DNA from: Octopus sinensis
Lineage: Eukaryota
Direction: 5' to 3'
Assembly: GCF_006345805.1 (NCBI RefSeq)
Contig: NC_042997.1
Span: 113,770,001 to 113,834,000, forward strand
DNA: 64,000 nucleotides
The translations under genes and the position numbers were made by a program. The notes below the pieces were generated by a model. That model saw only the letters and a program-made list of their open reading frames with translations. It had not been told where the DNA came from and searched no databases. Positions 14,900 to 25,692 of the stretch are shown here, in pieces. Position 1 is the first letter of the stretch. Each line of letters begins with the position of its first letter.

Positions 14900-15535
14900 T
14901 ATTATATTGATATGACAGAAAGGCCATTCAAAAGATTTTACAATTACATGGATGGCACATTTAATGCTATTGGCTATCAACTTACCACTAATCCTCCTCT
15001 AAGAATTAATCTTTAGAAGTCATGGACAAATGTGTGAGTGTGTGAACAGTATGTAAGAAAGCACTGCTCTTATTTTTTTACCTCATAGAAACATTTAAAA
15101 GCTGAATTTCTATTTATATAAGGTCTCTAGATTTGTTAAAATTTTTAATAATATCTGAAAGTAATGGGAAATGGACTCCACTAAAATCTCTACAGTTTTT
15201 TTGTTTTGTTTTTTTTTGTATTAATTTAAGTTGCACAGAAGTGAATATTTATCTTTCAGTCTTCCAGCATCAATAAAATCAATGCCAGCTATGTACTGGT
15301 GTTTATTCAACCAAATTCCACCAGTCTAATGAATATGTAGCCTTGAACCAACATAATAAATCAATGGAATAAAATAATTAAAATTACATAGGAAAGAATG
15401 GCATTCCATAAATAATATCTACTAATATTTATATTGATATGGCAGAAAGGCGATTCACAAGATGATATTACAATTACATGGATGGCACATTTAATGCTAT
15501 TGGTTATCAATTTAACACTAGTCCTCCTCTTGGAG
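14900..15535 (+). repeat. Two ~105-bp direct repeats (14900-15005 and 15428-15535) starting with a GIY-YIG-like YIDMTERPF motif
   Basis: tatattgatatgacagaaaggccattc...tacaattacatggatggcacatttaatgctattggctatcaacttaccactaatcctcctct recurs ~525 bp later with high similarity. Its first ~40 nt also match 17696-17740. Confidence 0.8.
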
Positions 15536-15759
15536 TAATATATACTAATATTTATTTGCTCAACTTTAGCTGTCATGCATGCAGAATGTGTATTACAAAA
15601 AATTTATCTCTGACACAAAACTTACATTGAAGAACTCATGATATAAAATAAGCAACCTTTTGAAAATTCAATGAAAAAAGATTATTAATCAAAAGATTAA
15701 TGACATTAATTAAATTTCTTTGTATTCCTCATAATGTAAAACTAATCATTATTTATCTT

Positions 15760-16290
15760 GTGTGCACACACACACACCATGCCATGCGTGCCACACACAT
15801 GCAGTGACATGACAAGCAACACAACACACGCCACGTGCAACAATGCACATACCACACAACACACAAGCCATGTGACAACACACACCACACAATGCACAAG
15901 CCATGTGACAATGTGCACCATCCAACGCACAAGCCACATGTGACAACATGCACCACACAATGCACATGCCACGTGACACATGCACCACACAACGCACATG
16001 CCACATGCTACAACATGCACCACACAACGCACACACCACATGCAACAACATGCACCACAATGCACGTGCCACGTGCAACAATGTGCACCACACAATGCAC
16101 ATGCAACATGCACCACACAGCATTTCATGTACAAAAATATGCCATGTGCAACAATGCATACACCACATGCGACACATGCACCACGCAATGCATATGCCAT
16201 GCGCATAACACGCAATGCATGAGCCGTGCAACACACAACACATAACAGACCTTGCCATGTGCAACATGCCATGCCACACCACACACACAT
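15760..16290. repeat. CA-rich degenerate minisatellite of alternating purine/pyrimidine units (catgcaccacacaatgcacatgccacgtgcaacaa-like)
   Basis: Visible tandem reiteration of atgcaccacacaa / catgccacgtg. It explains the eight overlapping stop-free Cys/His/Met/Val ORFs. Confidence 0.9.
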
Positions 16291-16334
16291 GTATTAGCTA
16301 TTACTGAAAACACAGATTAAGCTATGGAAGGATA

Positions 16335-17462
16335 CAAGGTAGTATCAAAAGTTCCTGGACTAGTTATGTAGCATGCCAACAGATGGCAGCACGCAGTTGT
16401 GTGCACAGTGAGAGCTAGCATGAGGCAGTGTGCAGAGTGACATTGCTATATTCACTTTGCAAGTTGTGAAATTTGTGTTTTTGTGATCATGTGTATGCTG
16501 TAGTCCGAGATAGTCATGGACAGGATGTTGGAACAAAGAGCCAATGTGGAATTTTACATAAAACTTGGGAAGTCTGCTACAGAGACATTGAGTATTCTTT
16601 GGAAAGCTTACAGTGATGAGGCAATGGGTCATATGCAATGTTTCAAGTGGCATGGGTGCTTCAAAAGTGGAAGAACCTCCCTGGAAGACGAAGAGCAATC
16701 TCAGAAGACCTGCTATGAATAACACCTCCAGAAATGTGGAGAAAATTCACCAGCTTCTGCATGAGGATCATCAGAGGACAGTCAATGACATTGCTGACGT
16801 TGTTGGTCTGTGGTATAGGTCTATGCAGGAAATCCTAACATCTAGATTGAACATGCAGTGTGTGTCTGCCAAGTTTGTCCCCCACCTGCTGACCACTGAG
16901 CAGAAAGAACATCGCATTGAAATCTTTCAAGATCTCCATCAGCATGCCACTGACGACCCATTCTTCATGTCAAAGATCATCACTGGTGATGAGAGTTGGG
17001 TCTAAAGGTATGACCCTGAGATGAAGCAGCAGTCATCACAATGGATGAGCCCTTCATCTCCATGACTGAATAAGGCACAACAGAGTCACAGCTCAATCAA
17101 GAGCATGCTTATCATTTTTGTTTTGACATCTGCATTATTGTGCATCAAGAATTCACCCCACCCCCACCCACCCCGTTCCAGATCATCAATTGAGAGTTCT
17201 ACTGCAACATTTTGAAGATGAAAAGACAGGCCAAAGGTCACCATTTTAACACAATTGTTGAAATCCAGAATGAATCGCAGAAGGTCCTCAACTTGCTTAT
17301 GGAAAACAACTTCCAGGCCAGAATTCAAAAATGGCAGGAATGCTGGGACCAGTGTATTGTTGTGCAAAGTGACTAGTTTGAAGGAGATGATATTAAAACT
17401 TAGGTAAATAAATTATTTTTTATTAAACATAACTAGTCCAGGAACTTTTTGATACCACCTCA
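16335..17462 (+). mobile_element. Mariner (Tc1/mariner) DNA transposon, decayed and internally deleted
   Basis: TIRs caaggtagtatcaaaagttcctggactagtt and aactagtccaggaactttttgataccacctca are flanked by TA at 16333-34 and 17463-64. Transposase fragments read EQRANVEFYIKLGKSATET (HTH), VSAKFVPHLLTTEQK and IITGDESWV (first catalytic D), with frameshifts and stops. Confidence 0.95.
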
Positions 17463-17624
17463 TATAATTCAAACATCAAGATTTTTCAACTTTAGAAGCA
17501 GTATTGAGATGAACTTAACAATTTTCTGGATGCCATAAAAGATTTAAGTACTAGCACAAACAAATCCTTTAGAAAAGCTTACTTACAAAAGCACAGGTTT
17601 GTGCTACTGCTCTTTTTAAAATTC

Positions 17625-18000
17625 AATGTTGGTAGAAATATTTTTTACTTTTTATCAATGAGAACTTTGATAAAGGAGGAATTTCCCTAAAACACTATAT
17701 TGGTATGACAGAAATACCATTCCAAAAAAGACTTTACAATCATACATTTTCCTTCAGAAACATTGAACAAAATATAGCAAAAGTAATGAGTTACATTTGT
17801 CTTTAAAAGGAAACACTGCAGATTACATTCCCAACTGGAGGATTGTTGAGAAATGTGATCTACAGAAAAAACTCATTGCAGCCAGAGATATATTCAAATG
17901 TCAAATCAAAAGCATTCAGTAAATATAAACATGTCCCATTCAGTATGTACACAGCTGCACTGAATGAGATTCTGTATTCCTGCAGGTCTGGTAAGTGATC
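17625..18000 (+). mobile_element. Decayed Penelope-like element (Neptune-like) linker plus GIY-YIG endonuclease fragment
   Basis: Frameshifted translation gives NVGRNIF..LIKEEFP, then YIGMTEIPFQKRLYNHTFSFRN (17696 onward), DYIPNWRIVEKC and LNEILYSCR. These match the typical PLE motifs YIGxTExxFKxRYNNH, WxIL and LNxxxExxSKCRH. Confidence 0.7.
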
Positions 18001-18699
18001 GTAGAGATGCAGATTTCTTTTACGGAGTCTTCTCCTTTTAATACTCTTTAGCTGAAATGTTTTTCCTTCATCTTTTTCTATTTTATCTATTTATCTCTTA
18101 TTTCCTTCTCCGTTTTAAAATGAGACTATCATTAAACTAAACCTTATGCTTTCTGTATCAATCTTATTATTCAATCATTTATTTTTTAAGTAACATTTAA
18201 CTTCTTTTCAATACAAGTCAACAAAGGCATTATTACAGGAGTTAACACCTTCAGATTTATTCATAAAGGATCTCCTCTTAAACAAACTTGTGGTTTAAAG
18301 TTAGTAAGTAAAGGAAAGAAAAATATTTCAAAAACCCTGAGTACAAATGAAACTAAGTCTTATATCCTTTGTACCAAGAAGTAGTTATGCATTCTTCCCA
18401 AGAACCCTATTAGCCTGATATACATTGGAGTGCTACCAAGTTACTTGCCAGGGTCATTTAGATTCCCACTACTTGATGTGTGAATGTATGAGTGTGTATG
18501 TTTTATGTAGATGTAAATGAAAAACAGTTGGGTATTTAAATACAGGGATCAGTCAATTGTTTTCAGAAGAGTACTCTATATGTTTTACAAAGAAAAATTT
18601 CAGAAACTGATGACAGCAAGTAAGTCAAAACTTCAATGTCACTGTTATCTTTGATACCCTTCCTAACATCAACCACTTTGAGAGTGTAGTGGGTACTTT

Positions 18700-19015
18700 C
18701 TATGTACCACCAGCACATAAAAAGCACCCACTACATTCTCAGAGTGGTTGACATTAGGAAGGGCATATATCATCATCATCGTTTAACATCCGTTTTCCAT
18801 GCTAGCATGGGTTGGACAGTTCAACCGGGGTCTGGGAAGCAAGGAGGCTGCACCAGGCTCCAGTCTGGTCTAGCAGTGTTTCTACAGCTGGATGCCCTTC
18901 CTAACACCAACCACTCTGTGAGTGCAGTAGGTGCTTTTTACGTGCCACTCACACAGGTGCCAGGGGAGGCTGGCAGCAGCCACGACCGGTTGGTGCTTTT
19001 TACATGCCACCAGCA
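18700..19015. mobile_element. Two RTE 3' tails in opposite orientation (+ truncated 18700-18766; - complete 18770-19015)
   Basis: aaaagcacccactacattctcagagtggttgacattaggaagggcat on +, then catcatcatcgtttaacatccgttttccatgctagcatgggttggac...atgcccttcctaacaccaaccactc on -. Confidence 0.85.
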
Positions 19016-19027
19016 CTATCTATCTAT

Positions 19028-20217
19028 CTATCTATCTATATATATATATTTTATTTTTTTGTTTTTATTTTATCTAGTTTCAGCTCACGAGCTGTGGCCA
19101 TGCTGGGGCACCGCCATTCGGTGTTGCAACATGATTTTATTTCACAAATGCTTTTTAGCAATTGACATTTGGTGCATGAGAGAGTTTGATGCAGCTGCCC
19201 TCATCTGCACCTCCTGCTGTGAAGTTGGTTCATCTGGGACACCTAACAGGAAAAGGTCCAACTTTATTTTAAAGACATCTGCATCCACCCCATGCAGGTC
19301 TCTCAGGTCCTTCGGGAGGATATTGAAGAGCTGTGAACCTCTGAAGCCCAGGCTATCACAGTATCTTGTCCTACATCTTGATGGCAAATTTGGAGTCCTT
19401 GGCACTATGCAGTGGCATCCAGTTCTAGTATTTGTGCAACTCTCGATGCCAAAGTTTGGGACAAGTCCTTCCAGGATCTTCCCGATGTATATTATGGCAT
19501 ATCTTTCTTGCCTATGCTCTAAGGAATAGAGTCTTAATCTCTTGAGTCTTTCCCAATAGCTTATATGCTGCACAGAGGCTATCTTCTTTGTGTAGCTTCA
19601 TTGGATCGCCTCCAGTTCTGAGATTAATTTGACACTGGTTGGTGACCATAGCCGAGAGTAATAGTCAAAGTGGCTTAGGACAAGTGTCCTCCAGAGGACC
19701 ATCATGGTTTCCTGGTTTCTTGTTCTAAAAGCTCTAAGAATCCATCCGGTCAACCGCCAACATTTCATTGCCAATTTAGCAACATGCACATGAAAGGTTG
19801 CATCATTACTCATGTAAATACCCAGGTCTCGCACTGATTGTGCCTCTGGGATTGCAATCCCTCCAGGTCCAGTGTATTTATTGGGTATTGCATTTACTTT
19901 TGCATGCTGATAGCATAAAGCTTGAAACTTTTCAGCATTGAACTGCATGCTATTCTTTTCAGCCCACTTGTATATTTTGTCCAGGTCACATTGCAGGTGC
20001 ATAGTATCTTCAGGGTTCTGTATTACCTGTGAAACTTTTGTATCATCTGCATAACTTGTGATCATGGCTCTCTGCGTGGCTGAGGGCATGTCTGAGAGGA
20101 CCATTATAAACAGCAGTGGTCCCAAAACAGTGCCTTGCGGGACACCCGCTCACTATTTGCATGTTATTTGAGGTGGCCCCATTGGCTACTACCACCTGAC
20201 TTCTATCCTTCAGAAAG

Positions 20218-20218
<1 letters not shown>
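19028..20218 (-). mobile_element. 5'-truncated CR1-clade LINE (RT C-terminal half and 3' end)
   Basis: FLKDRSQVVVANG..SG(V)PQGTVLGPLLF..SYADDTK..VRDLGI..YSLE.RQERY..KLDLFL. There is one 1-bp insertion near 20140 and one TGA (probable CGA>TGA) at 19598-19600 between two same-frame ORFs. It has an A-rich tail and is flanked by (TA)n tracts. Confidence 0.92.
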
Positions 20219-20258
<40 letters not shown>

Positions 20259-20929
20259 CATATATATATACATACATATATGTGCTAATGACCTGCTTCT
20301 TAGAAGTATTTGATCACAGAGTAACAGAAGCTATTCTAATAGCAATAGAAAAGGTAGTAGAGATTACATTGAGTGTACACTCTTCATCAGTCATCTTTAT
20401 CAATCTTTCATGCACCCCTGCACCATCACTATATAACATGGGACAGTACTATCCATTCTCCCTTCTCTCTTTCTCTCACTAACTCCTGACTGTTCTTTCC
20501 TTTCTATTAAAATCAAGTCTCCTCTGTTACTTTCTCCTCAAACATCTCTCACAACAATAAATCTGTTCATTCCATCATACTTTCACTTCTCTCTACACCT
20601 CCTCTAAAACCATCACTATTTCATATTCTCTCTCTCGTTCTTGGAACTCTACAAGGTGGCTGGAAAATCAAGCAGAGAAAACGTAATGTTGAGAGGACTC
20701 TAGTTTTGCTGAAGGCATGACAACCTCTATAGTACTGGTGCCATGAAAAGTGGTTGATGTTAGGAAGGCCATTCAGATGTAGAAATCAAGCCAAAAATGA
20801 AATGCATGAACAAGGCACAGTGTTACTACCCATCTAAGAGGGCAGTAAGTTCAAATAAAACCTGATTTGGACTACGATGACCCATCAAACTGATGCCAAC
20901 ATGGAAAGTGAATATGAATGATGATGATG

Positions 20930-21800
20930 ATATCACTTAAACAAGGAGACATGGAAGTGCTATTACGAAAGGTTACCGAATGAGGAGACTGCTTAAAGGA
21001 GATAGGATCCTTGCCAAAGTAGACCCAATACAGAGACTGGCCATTAAAAGTGACATTTGTATTGTTACAAGTACAATTAAGTCTCTGGGAAACCAAATGG
21101 TAGATGAGGGATAGTTGCTGAGATGCTTAAAATAATCAGCAAAATAGAGTCACTAACACAGTGACTGGTACAGCAGTATTTTCAACTGTTGTAAAGGAAA
21201 TGCACTTTAGAGCAGCAGCTTCAAAGGTATTAAACTGATGGGTCAGTTTATGAAAGTTATGGGAAGAGATAGAAGACAACTGATTAGAAGCAAAATTATT
21301 TTTAATGAGATGCTTAATACCAAGAAGCGGTACTACCAATATTGTCTTCCTAGTAAGAGAGGTGGCATATTTAGTATTTATATTTTGCATCCATCAACCT
21401 AAAGGCAACATTTGAAAGAGTTCTACACACTGTAATTTTATGATCACTAAGGAAAGTAGGGGATCGATGAATGGTTTGTGGGGGCCATGCAAGTCATGTA
21501 CAGCTGTGCAGTCAGCAAAGTGAAAGTCATCAATGATCCCAATGAGGAATTTAATGTGCAACAGATGTCCATTAGGACTCAGTTCTCTATTTATTATAAT
21601 CCTCCAGTCCTAACAGAAGAGTTTAAAGACCAGTTGTTTGTAGGAATTGAATCTGTAGAAGAGTTAGATAAAAAAAATTCTAGACATACAACCAAAACCT
21701 AGAATCAAGAGGCCTCAAAATAAAGTGAAGACAAAAGTTTTACTTGGTAGGTAATATGTCAGGACTTTACAACTATCAGTAAAACAGATGCGTTCAAAAT
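20930..21800 (+). mobile_element. Old, heavily decayed RTE reverse-transcriptase region
   Basis: Fragments W..YYERL, AEMLKI, KVMGR..IRSKIIFNEM, RS.TTNIVFLVR and MQVMYSCAVSKVKVIND..EEFNV are collinear with the RTE RT. Confidence 0.6.
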
Positions 21801-21828
21801 GCAAAAGTGTTAGTAAAAACTCCATATA

Positions 21829-22035
21829 CAGTAATGCCTCAACTATCACAGGCGTTATGTTCCAAAACGCCCTGTAATAGGTGAAAATCACGAAGTAGAA
21901 ACAGTACTGTACTGTATATTTTTATTTTTATTTTTATAATTTGTATATATTTATTTTATTATAAATGCAAAACAACACCATGGAGGAATCAACATAAGCT
22001 TAAATAAGAAACCATGATATGGCGAGGGATTACTG
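21829..22035. mobile_element. Tigger/pogo-like MITE
   Basis: Imperfect TIRs cagtaatgcctcaactatc and gatatggcgagggattactg, with TA on both sides (21827-28, 22036-37). Confidence 0.75.
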
Positions 22036-23199
22036 TAGTGTACTCTATGTACAAGAAGTGTGGCAATGATGTTAGACTTCACATGTAGCAGGTGCATAAG
22101 AATAGGTAACAGTAAGAAAATATGAGAAATAAATTCCTTCAAATACTTGGAAGGCTCCTTGAAGTAGTTGATAGTTTTTTTGTTACCTAGGTAACCTAAT
22201 TATCATTGAAAGAGGCTGTTCCAAAAGCATACTAACCAGAATAAGAAATGAGTGAAGAAAGTCGAGGGAGCTATTACCTCTTCTGTTAGCAAAAAAGTTT
22301 CTCAGAGTAAAGGGGAAAATTGTATAATACTAGTGTAAGAAGTGCAATTGTGTAAGGCAGTGAGAATGGGCTTTGAACACAGAAGATGTGCGAAAACTGG
22401 AAAGAAATGAAATGAGTATGCTCTACTGAATGAGTATGCTCTACTGAATGCATGAACAATGAAGCACAAATGAACTGAGAGAACAACTGAATCTAAGAGG
22501 AATGAGATATAGTGTGCAGAAAAACTACACTGGTACATGTTCTGCATATGGAGGACACCAACTGTTTAAAGATGTGTTATGTATAGAAGAGAGAGGCCAA
22601 GAAATATGCAAGTATGTTGTCAGGCACATATACATTTATACAGACTGGTATGTACATTTACATGTATGTATAAACATATGTGTGCATATCACTGCATGTG
22701 CCTGTAATACAGACATGTATAGGGAGTTAAGCCTAGTGTGTATATATGTGTGTGCATGTTTTGGAGAGACTGTTAGCGTGAGTAGTAATAATTTGGTCAT
22801 TCTAACTGATAGTATACTAGATAGTGAATCAGATCACAAGTTGATCAAGACAAGACCCCACTTCCATGTCACATATTACACCCTTTTACCTCTTTTTCCA
22901 TCCACTATTTAATATTGTGCACATCTTCAGCCACTATGTCACTTCTGGGAAAAAGATATATATTCACATTCACATCAAAACTAATGTAGTAACTGAACAT
23001 ACTCACCAAGGATAAAGATAAGATAATTATCATTATATATACAATTTTCTCATCACTTTTTCAGTAAGGATGGTAGTCTATGCTTTGCTAACGATGTCTA
23101 ATAAGGCTGAAACATGGTCAGAGTTATTTCCTATACTTAGCCCAAATTATTAAAATAATATTTATCATCAAATAAATGTTATCTTTTCTTCACTGCATT

Positions 23200-23392
23200 C
23201 TTTTACTTGTTTCAGTCATTTCACTGTGGCTATGCTGGAGCACCACCTTAAAGAGTGTTAGTTGAAGAAATCAACCCCAGGGTTTAGTCTTTGTAAGCCT
23301 AGTACTTATTTTATCGGTCTCTTTTGCCAAACCACTAAGTTACAGGGACATAAACAACCAGCATATGTTCTCAAGCAATGGCAGAGGAACAA

Positions 23393-23410
<18 letters not shown>
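23200..23410 (-). mobile_element. SINE family A, 3' half
   Basis: ttttacttgtttcagtcatttcactgtggctatgctggagcaccacc is the reverse complement of the 38690-38735 tail. Confidence 0.85.
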
Positions 23411-23424
<14 letters not shown>

Positions 23425-25246
23425 GTCCGCATGGATAATGGTGCACTTGCTTTTAATGATTCGGAAAAGAAAGATGCTTGGAGGAGCCATTATGAAAGAC
23501 TGTTGAACGTGGAGAATGAGTGTGAGGAGGAGAGCCTGCCAAATGTTGATCCAGTAGAGGGACCAGCTATCCGAATAGACAGCACCCTGGTAGGTAAAGC
23601 AATTAAGGATATGAAGCCAGGAAAAGCCCCCGGCCCATCAAGAATCACTGCTGAGATGCTTAAAATATCTGGTGGTGTGGGCTATGACTTAGTCACTCGT
23701 ATTGTAAACAAGGTAGTTCATGATGGAGTCATATCCAATGATTGGCGTAGCAGCACCATAGAACTAGAGAAGAAATTTCAGGTTTGGAAGCAAGGTTTAG
23801 AACTGAAGGGCCTTAAAGTCAATGTTGCAAAGACCAAAGTTCTAGTAAGAAGGAAGGCGAACACATCACACACCCCTTCAGGTAGGTGGCCCTGCTCAAT
23901 TTGTAGAAAAGGTGTAAGTAGAAATTCCATAAGATGTACCCAGTGTAATCTACGGACACATGAGAGGTGCAGTGACATCAAAGGAAGATTAACCAGGAAG
24001 ATAGCTTTCACGTGTAGCAGATGCACAAGGGCAATAAACACTGAAGATGAAAGAAGAAAATAGACTCCATCACATGCAGGGGGAGAAACTAGAAGTAGTT
24101 GAAAGCTTCCACTACCTAGGTGACCAAGTCTGTAGTGGGGGTGGTTGCTCAGAGAGTGTTACCACTAAGAATAAGAATAGGCTGGGCAAAGTTCAGAAAG
24201 CTTCTACTCCTACTGGTGACAAAAAGCCTCTCGCTCAGAGAGATAGGTAGATTTTATGATACCTGTGTGCAAACTGCCATGCATTACGGCAGTGAAACAT
24301 GCGCCATGACTGCTGAAGATATGTGTAGGCTCGAAAGAAATGAAGCTAGCATGATCTGCTGGATGTGTAATGTCAGTGTGCACACACAACAGAGTGTAAG
24401 CGTCCTGAGAGAAATGGTAGACATAAGAAGCATTGGATGTGGCGTGCAAGAGAGACATGCGTTGGTATGGTCATGTACTGCGGATAGATGAGAAGAGCTG
24501 TGTGAAGAAGTGCCACTCCCAGACAGTGGAAGGAATCCGGGGTAGAGGGAGACCCAGGAAGACATGGGATGAGGCAGTGAAGCATGGACATCAAACGTTG
24601 GGTCTCACAGAGGCAATGACAAAAGACCAAGACCTCTGGAGGTATGCTGTGACTGAGAAGACCCAGCAAATAAAGTGAGTCCACAGCTGTAACCTACACC
24701 AGTGTCGCATAACCAGCCCACTCAAAAGTACCTTGGATTGTAGGGCAACATGCCATGCTTGAGGAGAGCTATTGAGTCAAGTACATCAACACCAAATCAA
24801 ATGGAAATTGTAGTTGTGAGCCCCATGCTGGTAGCACATAAAAAGCACCATCCGTACATGGCTGATGCCAGTGCCACCTTGACTAGCTTCCATGCTGGTG
24901 GCACATAAAAAGCACCATCCGAATGTGGTCGATGCCGAGTCAAGTACATCAACATCAGCAATATCAAAATCAAAACAAATGGAAATTGTAGTTGTGATCC
25001 CCGTGCCAGTAGCACGTAAAAAGCATCATCTGAACGTGGTTGATGCTAGCTCCTCTGGCCCCTTGTGCTGGTAGCACGTAAAAGCACCCACTACACTCTC
25101 AGAGTGGTTGGCGTTAGGAAGGGCAACCAGCTGCAGAAACACTGCCAGATCAGATTGGGGCCTGGTGCAGCCTTCTGGCTTCCTAGACCCCAGTCGAACT
25201 GTCCAACCCATGCCAGCATAGAAAACGGACGTTAAATGATGATGAT
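23425..25246 (+). mobile_element. RTE LINE with the RT core deleted in frame; C-terminal Cys/His finger, tandem-repeat 3' UTR and (GAT)n tail retained
   Basis: ORF 23365-24063 contains WRSHYERLLNVE, KAPGPS.ITAEMLK, DWRSSTI|ELEKKFQVWK and WPCSICRKGV..CTQC..THERC..CSRC. Then come LEVVESFHYLGD, RIGWAKFR, LRWYGH and GRGRPRKTW, with a tail ending ggacgttaaatgatgatgat. Confidence 0.92.
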
Positions 25247-25256
25247 ATATATATAT

Positions 25257-25580
25257 ATCATCATCGTTTGACATCCCTTTTTCATACTGGCATGGGTTGG
25301 ATGGTTTGACTGAGGTCTAGAGAGTCAGCAGCTGCACCAGGCTCCAATCTGATCTAGCAATGTTTCTACAGCTGAATGCCTTTCCTAACACGCCTTCGTT
25401 CTAAGGCTTAGGTTTTTGCTAGATTAACCCTAAGGCTTCTCGATTCTAGACCTTGCTTCTACACCCTAAACTTCATCTAGTTCTGGCAGTGACTCGGCTA
25501 TTAGAGCAAGGTCATCAGCATAGAGGAGCTCCCAGGGGCAGCCTGTCTTGAATTCCTCTGTTATTGCCTGGAGGACTATG
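25257..25580 (-). mobile_element. Reverse-oriented RTE pieces: 3' tail (25257-25390) joined to an RT YADD fragment (25390-25580)
   Basis: The minus strand encodes IVLQAITEEFKTGCPWELLYADDLALIAESLPEL. The tail reads catcatcgtttgacatccc...catactggcatgggttgg. Confidence 0.85.
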
Positions 25581-25612
<32 letters not shown>

Positions 25613-25646
25613 AAAATTTGAAAATGCAATTTTAAAAGATGTTTAT

Positions 25647-25692
25647 TTACTTGACCGGTTTCACTTTTTTAGAAAAAGATTGTCAAAAGTAA
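25647..25692 (-). ncRNA. Minimal type-I hammerhead ribozyme fold, U3-A8 core variant (left palindrome arm)
   Basis: The minus strand reads UUACUU-UUGACAA-U CUUUUU CUA AAAAAG U-GAAA-CCGGUC-AAGUAA: a 6-bp stem I, a 6-bp stem II with U.U closure, and the palindromic ACCGGU stem III. Confidence 0.65.

Noticed and set aside
15742-16313. Cys/His-rich ORFs up to 182 aa, suggestive of metallothionein- or keratin-like proteins
   Set aside because: They are open in many frames on both strands purely because the CA/TG minisatellite lacks stop codons. There are no splice or other gene signals.
17810-18303. Apparent two-exon plus-strand gene (17810-17990 and ~18218-18303) with compatible phases
   Set aside because: The first part is explained by a decayed PLE GIY-YIG sequence. 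The acceptors are weak AAG sites and the peptide is unrecognisable.
18702-19529. 275-aa plus-strand ORF
   Set aside because: It is a chance read-through across two RTE tails, a microsatellite and the antisense of the CR1 LINE.
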